A stretch of DNA of 58,540 bases, filler included, from Squatina squatina (Eukaryota), in NCBI GenBank assembly GCA_031763465.1. It is 4 parts of 4 records of this genome, joined end to end, with 100 filler letters (N's around TTAATTAATTAA, not from the genome) between each part and the next. Parts side by side here need not be neighbours in the genome. Positions count along the whole stretch, not along the records: positions 45,770 to 58,540 come from JARFOE010000230.1; 3 more parts are not named here. The stretch is one strand, 5' to 3'. The position numbers and the translations under genes were made by a program. The notes under the pieces were generated by a model. That model saw nothing but the letters and a program-made list of their open reading frames with translations, had not been told where the DNA came from and made no database searches. This document shows, one piece after another, positions 48,724-58,540 of this stretch (its first letter is position 1; each line of letters opens with the position of its first letter).

Positions 48724-49926
48724 TGGCAGAAACTCTACACCCAAACCAAACTAAGAATGTAACTGAATCAAATGATCTTTCGGTAGGTATAGTAACTTAT
48801 AGTTTAGTTATATTGTGGATCTCTTTCAAAAGCTGTAAAAATGTTAGGTGCCATTATGTCTGCAGGCAGAAAATATAGTTGCTTATTGCAAGCATTATCT
48901 TCTCATCACGCACTGGTCACTTTGTAGCTCTGCAGTTCATCGTATGTCCTTTGTGCAGCACAAAGACATGAGTGCATAGAAAATGTTCTTGTATTTAGTA
49001 TCAGTATAGATAAGCACTGCACCCCATTCCTGAGGTTGTGTAGAGGTCAAGGAGTTAAGCTCTGATTACATTTAACCCAACTAAATTTAAACAGCAAATC
49101 AATTTTAAACCCACTGATAATATTGTAATGGACATACCATTTGCTGTTTATTTATAGTTGGATTATATTTATAAATACATGTTGTAGTTAAACTTTGTGG
49201 ATACTGCATCTGGCACTCACTAATTAAAATAAACCAGATTTATTCAGTGTGATACCCTAATTCCTGGTTGAGTTGCACCATCATTTAAGGGATAAATATT
49301 AACACCGTGCTTCAGCCACTGAGTCAGGCGATTGAATCCCAGCCATTGGGCACGATTTGTCACTTTTTATGTGTGCTGCTTGCAGGAGTGCAGTGCGCCA
49401 ATTCAAGGAGAGACAGCGAGTGAGAGACAGCAGGCCTCAAAAACGAGTTATCTCCATGAGTTATCTCCCGGAACACTATTGGCAGCCACCTTACACGACT
49501 CCACAGGCCAGTCTATCTAAATCCTCAGCTGAAGGAGGAAGCATGACAGTGTGGGCTCAAAATACAAGAGAGAAAAATCCTTTGAAAAGAGTGAATTATT
49601 GAAGCTCAGAGGGACTTGGACATCTGGAAACTACAACAGGTGGTCATCCAACCATCTCATGTCAGCTTCCATATCTGTATCCATTATAACTGCTAATATG
49701 GCAAGTTATTTTCTCCCCATATGTTGTGTACCAGTGTCTGCGCTGCAGTAACTATTTTGGAGGACAGCCATCACCATGGCATTTACCCCAAGTAGAAACC
49801 GTAATTTCAAGTCAAAAATCTTTCCACTATTGATTATTGACTAGCTTCTGAAAACCAATATGTCATTTGCAGCAGAGAGCAAAATAATGCCAAAGCCGTG
49901 ACAGTAACCCTAGATCTGCTGCTTAC

Positions 49927-50315
49927 CCGGTGTATTGTGTAAATCTGCAACAGTCCTGTCTTTAAATAATTCATACTGGAAGCCAGTGATTTTTCTGCTT
50001 ATGTCCATCTGAGGGGTGGCCTGGATAAAGAGTGCCCCCTGGTCCATTCCAAAGCAATACACCTTGTTGGGGATGTGGTCCTCTTCACTCACAAGAAGTT
50101 TCAGATCACCAGCTTTTTCCAAATAAATATTAGCTCCCTTGGAGTCTTTGAAAGGCTTAACGCAGACAGTCAAGTCTTTGTAGGAGGATGTTGCTATATT
50201 GGTTCTTAGGTTAACCCTTAGGGCTCCAGTAGGATACAACCATTCCAGTGAGCCTTCGGAACAGCGCAGGTACACCTGTTCTACTTCTCTGGAGTGACCA
50301 TTGTGCGTTAATCCA
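49927..50315 (-). CDS. METRNL: Meteorin-like (METRNL) large internal exon
   Basis: 389-nt exon, ttttttcctag|TGGATTA...ACACCGG|gtaagc. Encodes (S)GLTHNGHSREVEQVYLRCSEGSLEWLYPTGALRVNLR...GANIYLEKAGDLKLLV...CFGMDQGALFIQATPQMDISRKITGFQYEL...DLH. EVEQVYLRC, ANIYLEK and TGFQYEL fit METRNL better than METRN. Confidence 0.9.
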
Positions 50316-53300
50316 CTAGGAAAAAAGCAGAGCGAAAAACAATTAAAGTCTTTGCAATTTGTAAACATATCCCACTGAGTGTGCTTTGGGTGGCTTGCTG
50401 GTGGAGTTTTCCTTGCAACTGTCTGTTTACAATCATTTCTTTATTAGTTCCATAAATTTGAAATGGAAGAAGCAGTCTCGCCATATTCAGAAGGGTTTTG
50501 AACAAGGCCTATCAGAAAATACTGACATGACAGGTCAATTGTTTCAGTCGAAGAACGATTCTGAATTGCAAGACAAAGGCACTGTAGTTTGTAACTTTTT
50601 GTAGATTACAATATTGATCGCTGAATAAAGACAAAAGGGATAGTGCAATTTAACGGTAGTTGCTGCCCCTGAACTGGGCTTTATATATCTCAGAAGGGTG
50701 GAGATCCATTTCTCATCCCTATTCCCTTGGATCCTGTGTGAATAATTGCAAGGTAAGTACTGCTCTCTGNNNNNNNNNNNNNNNNNNNNNNNNNNNNNNN
50801 NNNNNNNNNNNNNNNNNNNNNNNNNNNNNNNNNNNNNNNNNNNNNNNNNNNNNNNNNNNNNNNNNNNNNACAGTAATCTAGGGGAGTGATATTTCTTTGA
50901 ATAAGTGACAAATGCCACAGTCAGATCAGGTCCTGTAATGCTTATTTATCAGTTCACCTAACATTTGGCTTGGATCAAAGCCACAATACAAAAAAGGTGA
51001 TTGACGTGCCCAGTGACATTTACTTCAACATAGATGTTAACCAAGTTGAAAAATATATTGGTTCTGAAACTGTAAAATGGTTCCTTTACAAATGGAGAAA
51101 ATATCTCCGTTCAGTCAATGGTTAAAAATGCTCTTTTTCTTTTGAATTTGACAATTTGTTCGAAGTTGAGATAGTAGTTAGCCTGCTGACAGGAAATTCT
51201 GAGCACAATCAAGTAAAAAAAATCTTTATTCCTGTTTAACACCTTTGGTAATCTTCCACTTTAAAGCTGGTATCTGCTAGCAAAGTCAATTTATGTGGGT
51301 TGATAATGCACTAAAATTACTCTGCGGTATTTGCATGTTGCTCCTATTACTGTGGCTCTTTAGCTCTTCTGAAGTGTTGCTACATATATGTCCACAATGT
51401 TCAGGTCAGTTTAAATTGTTTACATGATCTGAATAAGTGAACTTTAAAGAAAAAAAGCTCCAGGCATGAAGAGCTTATCTTTCCAATTAAATGTACTGGG
51501 TGATGCGGTTATATTGCAGTAACCCATATTTAATTTAAGTGGTCATTATTTTGAGTCGACTTATCTCACACTTGTAAACGCACTGACAGATAACAGGTCA
51601 CTTTTCATTAGCTTTTGGCAAACTTTTCCTGGGTAAAGTAAACTTTCTTTGTCTGGAGGACGTCTCAGACCTCCCAGGGTATAATCACCACATGTCAAAC
51701 AATAACTAGAAGTTTACACAAAGGTTTTAAGGTGGGCAAACAAAGAGCCTTGGCATTTGACTAATTAACAGGGAAAGAATTAGCTGAGCCTCTTTTTTAA
51801 CATGGTTGGAGGAGAAGGAAAAGTCCACAAACTCACGTGTTGGTAAACATACTATTATACCTATTATAAGAAGCTATCTGCTGGGACCCATTAGGACACA
51901 CACAGTCAAGGTTCTGGTAAAGAGGAACCCCTGGCACAAACTATAATGTCTTCGTACCCAACAGTTTGTAATAGCGAGGTTGGACTTCAGTTATATATCA
52001 CATTTTGAGTAACGCAGCAAAAATATACAAGTGAAAGCTGAGTGGTTTGGTTGATTGGAGCTTGAAACTTGTGCTTTTTACCGCTTCAATTTTCTCTGCT
52101 CAATCACCCCCAGTTCACCTAGGAGTGACAGCTCATGTTGGGGTACAATGTTGGCCTTTCTACACCTTGCCCAAGTGGCACGCCTCATACATCAGCCTGT
52201 TAAGCTCACATCACACCTCTCTCTTTCCCGCCACACAGGCTTGACACTCCTTAATGCCCACTGGCAGTGTGGGGCCCTGGAGCCCCAGCTGTAGTTTTCA
52301 TTCGAGAGACCTCCGATGAATTTGTTTTCCAGGCAATAGCACTTAAAAATACAGGCTGCCATCCCCCATCAATACAGTTGCCCTTGTCTCTTTTGGCCAG
52401 CATTGTTTCAAAATCCCAGTTGCTCAATGAGATTTCATAAGCCCAGTGAATCAAGCGGGTGAATCACTGCGAGTACAATGGAAGTAGGTGACAGCAACAG
52501 GTGATTAATGTTTTCATTGAGGTTTTCAGACAAAAATAATAAGGACATTTGAATACTAAAATTCTTATTTTGAACGAACATAAAAAGCATGTAGCTCGTG
52601 TATAATCATAACTATGTCACCTTGTAAAATATTTTTATCAAAGCGGTTCAATTTAAAAGGCTTTCTTAAGTAAACATGTGTGATGCTTCGCAGGTGCTTT
52701 TTTCCCCTCCTCTCTGTTCAAAAACAATGTGCCCTCCTTCCAGAGACCAGCGAGAATCTCAGCGCGTTACTTTGGGTATGAATTACAGGGTAGAAACGGC
52801 TCATTAAACTCATGGGTTGTAAATTCTCCTTCCTCCATCAAAAACAAACACCAACTCGAAATACTAAAATATTCCAAAAACAATGAAGGTGCCTTTTTTA
52901 AAAGTTATTTTTTCTCAATTAGATTCTCCTTGCAATTTCCATCACCCTTGCTCAAAGGGTAGGTAGCCTGTTCCCAAAGATTCAACAGCACTACACAGAA
53001 CTGACAATTAGGGTGTAAACAAGAGGAAAACACATTAGTGGCAAAGCATGGAGTGAATACAGTCAATAGTTGGGCCACTACAGATCGGCTCCAAAGAAAC
53101 ACCGCCCCTCCCCACCCTTTCCCGCTATCAATGCATCAGCTCCAGAACACATGGTGTTCTTTCATATCAGNNNNNNNNNNNNNNNNNNNNNNNNNNNNNN
53201 NNNNNNNNNNNNNNNNNNNNNNNNNNNNNNNNNNNNNNNNNNNNNNNNNNNNNNNNNNNNNNNNNNNNNNCAAGCTATTCCATTCTGAGGCATAGATAAT

Positions 53301-54407
53301 CCCAGGTTGATGCCATCTGTGCACATTGTAAGATGGAGTGCATTCTGATAACTAGCAAACCATCCAAGCTCATTGGTCCACATTACAGAGAGCATGCTGG
53401 TTCCTTTTGTGTGTGCCCAGGTACAACCTCCTACTTGGAGCAAGTGGTCAGCTCTGTCAACACTGCAGGGGGTCCACAGCAATGGAGCATCTGATGGCAG
53501 TTCTGATAACTTCACTGGGATTTCAGGCAGCAGCCATATCCTCTGGCTTTCAAACCAAGGGACAGAATGGAAAGGAGCCTCAAGAGCCTCACTTAACTCC
53601 TGCATTCTGTTCTCGGGCAGGGCAGTGGGAGTTATAACCAGCAGTAAGTAGGAAGTGTAGCAACAGTATTGTTCGTCTGAAACCTGTACTCCAGCTTCTG
53701 GGTTGAGACCTGGAACTGCAGTATTAATACAACCTAAACTCTTTTGGCGTTATAGATATGTAAGATCTTTTAATGGCATTATTAAGCTCTGTTCAGATAA
53801 AAGTACTAAATTTAAATGTATTCTATATCTGTGCTTGTTCTGATCTGTAACGTGTGTCCTGAATAATATAAATGTATCTAATGTTAGATGGGCGCATAAT
53901 CTCCAGTTTCCTCCATTTTTTAGATGTTGGTTTAAAATTAATTCTAATTTAAGAGGTCACAACACAAGTCAGTCTGGTTCAAATACCAGGATTCCTTCAG
54001 TCTCTCTTTAGAGCACATGTACTGAACTGCAATATGATAAGGTCAAAACGTCAGCTACATGCCCCGGGCCGGGACAAAGGTGTAGTTTAAGTACTAGTGA
54101 GTGGAATCTATTCAGTTTAATGCAATCCATACTGAATTTGATCCCACGTCCAAATGGGAATGAAATACCACAGATACTGTGGTAAATCATGACAGGAATT
54201 CCTGAAGTACTACCAACAGTGGTGGTGAATACCATTCACAATAGTACCATTATGTGCACAACCACGATTTTACTACTATATGTATGTGTTCCTACTGAAT
54301 ATATGTGTTCCTACTGAAAAGGGCTCACTACTGTGAACTCTATACAAATGATTCCAACAGGGAAAATGAATCCTGATTAACTAAACTTTATTCTGTATTT
54401 CTTAGCA

Positions 54408-54621
54408 GGACCACAGTGCTGTGAGCAGTTTTGGGCTCCATGCTATAAGAAGAATGTTGAGGCAGAAAGAGATGGTGCAGCACGGATCAGGATGCAGTCT
54501 GGTATGAAGAAATACAAGTACAAAGAAAGACTTGAAAAATTGAGTCTGTTTTCATTGGAACAGAGGAAATTTGATAGAGATGTTTAAGATTATGGGGCAA
54601 GGTAGATAGAAACAACCTGTT
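54408..54621 (+). mobile_element. Old CR1 LINE 3' fragment
   Basis: Decayed QFWAP...VQ...YKERLEKLSLFSLEQR...MFKIM motifs. Confidence 0.75.
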
Positions 54622-54721
54622 NNNNNNNNNNNNNNNNNNNNNNNNNNNNNNNNNNNNNNNNNNNNNNNNNNNNNNNNNNNNNNNNNNNNNNNNNNNNNNN
54701 NNNNNNNNNNNNNNNNNNNNN

Positions 54722-55250
54722 CAACTTCTGCCGCAACTTCTCCCATCCTCTTCTCATCATCCTTGCTGTCCCCCTTCTCCCAGACGCAGGAAAGAGGATT
54801 TCTGCCCTTCTCACCACAGCCTGAGCAAGTGCCTGCAGAGCTGCCTCACTGAAATTATCAGTCCTTGTTCTGGGTTGACTTCTCTGGTCCATTTTTAAAT
54901 CTTAGCAAAGTGATTCCTAACATCTGAAAAAGATTCCCCTCCTCCTCCTTAAGTGACCTAAGCAGTGCCTGTGTAAGGGAAAGGCCCACCTTTAAGTACT
55001 GACATGGGCTGATAGATAAGTGGAAGCTCTTAAGCCAATTGAGAAATTCTACAGCTGAAAGAGGCTAAGAAAATCAGTGCTAAGTGTGGGCCCATTAGCG
55101 CTGAAAGTAGCACGTTTCTTTAAGCTGTTTGTGAAATTTTTTCTAAGTGTTGAAAAGCCAGATTTAAGCCTAAGGTCCGAAGAGCTGAACTTAGCACCCA
55201 ACTATTCTTCCGTTAGCCCCAGAAACTTAGGGCAATCGAATTGCGCACCC
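54722..55250 (-). mobile_element. PIF/Harbinger element end with Myb/SANT-like ORF start (54892-54722)
   Basis: MDQRSQPRTRTDNFSEAALQALAQAVVRRAEILFPASGRR...GW, then frameshift to EVAAEV. Upstream end gggtgcgcaattcg at 55250 resembles a TIR. Confidence 0.7.
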
Positions 55251-55870
55251 ATAGTCTGTAACACAGGGCACTGAGGGAGGGGGTTACTGAGTGACTGTGT
55301 GAGGGAGCTGCTTTAACATCACTGGAGATATAGTCAGTAACAAGGTGTTGGAGGGAGGGGTTACTGACAGTGTGAAGTGTGCCAGATAGAATAGGCATTC
55401 AAAATATCCATATATCAATACTCACTCTGCAATGGCTATACAGGGTCAGGCCTAGAGCTGTGGAGACATTACCTCATTAACCACGTATGGAAAGAGATTA
55501 AGTACTATAGTAGGTATATAGTAATTTAATCAAGCAGACTGCAGGGAGATANNNNNNNNNNTGGTATGAATGTGCTTGTGTTATGAATGTACTGTGATGT
55601 GATAAGAAAGTAGGTGACAACTGATAATTGTGCTTTCTCATTCACGAGTAAACAGATCTTATTGCGCAGACACATTGAAAGGAGATTAACCAGACATAGT
55701 TATAATGTGATGACATCATGGCATTACATTAGGAAGACATAATTAAACATATAAATAAACAGACACTAGAGCGCCCTGGGGACGATTTGGTCCAGTCTGG
55801 CTGAGGCTAGTGTAAGCAGCCAAGACGACACTCTTGCGATCTCCTGAGGAGTTCTTGATAATTGAGTTTT

Positions 55871-56560
55871 GAGGATGAAATTTCCCCTTTTTATAGCCCC
55901 GTTCATGCCTCCTACTGAAGCGGAGGACACTTTTCGCCCGGGGTGGGGGTGCTACGGGTTCCCGGGAAACTGCGGAGGCGCTGACTCCTCACCGCCCATG
56001 CGTTGACTCCTTAGCGTCCCACGGGGGAAGCTGCCCCGCGGGCCGCGAGGCTGGCCCGAGCGGATGTCAACGCCAGCGTCGCAGGTTGCGAAGCTGGCCG
56101 ACATCCGCTCTCGGGGAGCCGGTTAAAGGGGAGAGCGCAGGCGCCCCGGGCCGCCATCTTCTCTGGATGGCCAACTATCGGGTCAGCTCCGTGATGGCGG
56201 CCCCAGCGTGGCCTGGGCCGCCGTCGTGCACTCCGCCTTGGGTGTCGGGCTGCAGGCCCCAGTCCCACGTTACCCTGGTGGCCTAGTGGAGACCGTCAGA
56301 GGCCTTGCAGATTGTGCAGTGGCCCCTCCACTTTAAGCGAAGGGGAGGGGCGTTGAAGCAAGTCGGCACGACGCTCACCACTCCAGCAGCACCCCGGGGA
56401 ACTGCAGCCAAATTAAGTGGGCCGCGCGAGATTGCGCTCCGTTTCCTTCGAGGGTAAGTCGAATTCAGCGTCGGGAGCGGGACATCTGCGCCATGAGCAG
56501 AAAGCCTCATCCTCAGAAGGTTACCGCCCCCAATCGGGGCACAGGGCACTTTTCGCCCCC
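55871..56560. mobile_element. GC-rich non-autonomous DNA element (probably Harbinger-type)
   Basis: Sharp GC/CpG block with TIR-like ends (gaggatgaaattt ... acttttcgccccc) and internal inverted ttaaaggggag / cccctccactttaa. Similar ends occur at 8746-8822 and 42498-42554. Confidence 0.6.
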
Positions 56561-57180
56561 TTGGTCTTTCAAATAGGTCAAGTATATCCTAGTTTCTTGT
56601 AATTTTCTCGTTATCTGTGGTCTTTATCAGTGCACTGAGGAAGTGCAGAAGTGAAGCTCCTATCTCTGTTTAATGAGTATTGTGAACTTTGCTTCCTGCA
56701 ACTATGGTGTGTTATTGCCAAAGGCCAAAGCGGTGAGCTAACATTGTCTTTTTCACTGCAGCAAGATTAAAACCATTTCCTATCATAAGAACAGCGTTGA
56801 CTGCAGACTATATCTAAGATAATAAACTGTGGACAGGAGGCAGCGAACTATGATTGAACATGTCAGGCATATTGCAGGCTACACAAGCAAAGCTTGAGTA
56901 GGTAATGAGCACGAGTAAGCCTTCAGGTTATGTAACTGAAATTGTAAGTGTGACCAACACCACATTTAAAAAAAAAGACTTCAAGAGTTGCAAAGAATTA
57001 TTATTTATCATTACTTGTGCATTGCTGTCTTTCTCAACTAGATCCTACCCTCTGGACCTCGTTGCCCTCTTCAGTTTGCTATTTGCCGCCCTTTGAAAGC
57101 CTCCTTAGAGCTATGCTTTGGTCAGCCCTCCTAATTCTTCCACTCCTCAGCCCATGCTAAGCTGCTTGGGACATCTGATT

Positions 57181-57540
57181 ACAACAACAACAACAACAAC
57201 CTTCATTTATATAGTGCCTTTAATGTTGAAAAAGATCCCGAGTTGCTTCACAGTCAAAATTGGATGCTGAGCCAAAGGAGGAGATATGAGGAGTGGTGAC
57301 CAACAGTTTGTTCAGAGATTTGAAGGTGCTGGGGGGACCGGGAACAAATGTAGGTCAGCAAGGACAGGGGTGATTGGTGAACAGGGCTTAGTGTAGCAAA
57401 GGATACGGCCAGAATTTTGAACTGAAGCATATGGAAAGTAGAGGATGGGAAGCTGGCCGGAAGAGCATTGGAATAGTTGAGTCTGGAGGTGACAAAGACA
57501 TGGATGAGGGCATCAGTAGCAGATGGGCCGAGGCAGGAGA
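57181..57540 (-). mobile_element. L2-clade LINE 3' end with (TTG)n tail
   Basis: (CAA)n at 57181-57200, then atttatatagtgcctttaatgt. Minus strand encodes DALIHVFVTSRLNYSNAL; same family as 46724-47290. Confidence 0.85.
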
Positions 57541-58540
57541 TAGAAACGTAGGAACATAGGAAATAGGAGNNNNNNNNNNNNNNNNNNNNNNNNNNNNNNN
57601 NNNNNNNNNNNNNNNNNNNNNNNNNNNNNNNNNNNNNNNNNNNNNNNNNNNNNNNNNNNNNNNNNNNNNCCTGAAGAAATGGTTTTCCACAACATTCCCA
57701 GATGCAGTCATCCAAATCCTGCTCCCAAGGTCCTGTCCGCCATTCTGTCTATCCATGCGCTAAGCTGCACAGGCCAGCGATGCGCTCTTCCCCCTCTGTA
57801 TAAAGGGTGCAGTCATTTAATGTAAATACAGTAGTAGACTGTCACAGTCGAGCCCTTTGGCTTTTCTGGAGTCTTAACATGAGCACCAGGGCCACAGACC
57901 GAGGGAGGGATGTACAAAGCTGTCACAGAGACCGCTATCTGTTTACTTTGGCACATGTGGTTTGAGATTATTTTGCAGGAAAAAAAAGTCTAAATATACA
58001 TGTCTGCATTCAGCACAAGCTGACCTCTGATGATTGAAATGTGTTTTAAATTATGTTCAGATTTTGTTCTGTGTGAAGTCTGCTGCCCACACAAGGTTGG
58101 CTTTGTGTTCACAATGGACAAAAAATGCACATTGAGTAAACGAGCAACGGAATATGAGTAAGAGATCTGCTAGCACTGCACAGATTTATTTAATTAAAGA
58201 TTATTGAAGAGGGAAGGAAGGAGCCGGTGAAGGCTACTATGAAAGCAGTCGGACCATGGTCTCACTGGCATACATTGAACACTAGNNNNNNNNNNGGATG
58301 CATAGATAATAAATAGCCTGCAAAAATGTGTTGGTGGTCTTGTTTAAGTGGCACTGTGTGTTAGCCTGCAGTCAGATCTAATGAACCTGGCACCTTTGAT
58401 CCAGTTTATATTCAGACTTCATAGAGGGACGACAGACCTCCTTTTCCTGATAGCGGTGATTGAAGTGAGTTGTGATACTCCAATCCGGATCCCAGTGGAT
58501 ATTATCCACGGCATAAATTCCCAAGAATTTTGGGACTGAA

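Noticed and set aside
55871-56560. GC/CpG-rich block as the METRNL promoter or exon 1
   Set aside because: No signal peptide or QYSSD-CSWKG-type exon found. It has sharp TIR-like ends shared with other dispersed copies, so a transposon is the better explanation.

Overview
This is eukaryotic, vertebrate DNA. The repeat content (SacSINE1/DeuSINE-like SINEs, HER1/CR1-type LINEs, L2 LINEs, Harbinger-type elements, Penelope fragments) points to a cartilaginous fish (shark-like). The window is a fragmented draft assembly. Four apparently separate scaffolds (A 1-14254, B 14355-30410, C 30511-45669, D 45770-58540) are joined by an artificial N44-TTAATTAATTAA-N44 linker, and each is broken by many 100-N placeholder gaps. 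Scaffold A has no recognisable coding exon. Scaffold B has four exons of OSBP2 (- strand) head-to-head with two exons of MZT2 (+). Scaffold C has two CTBP1 exons (+), candidate alternative N-terminal exons, and a decayed two-exon Harbinger Myb/SANT gene. Scaffold D has the large METRNL exon (-). The most striking anomaly is OSBP2 exon 1: at the shared motif YQRRWFVL it switches in frame into a Sesquipedalian/PHETA (FAM109/IPIP27)-type PH domain. This is either a misassembly through microhomology (more likely) or a real gene fusion. Gene and repeat identities come from my recall of family sequences, not from database searches.
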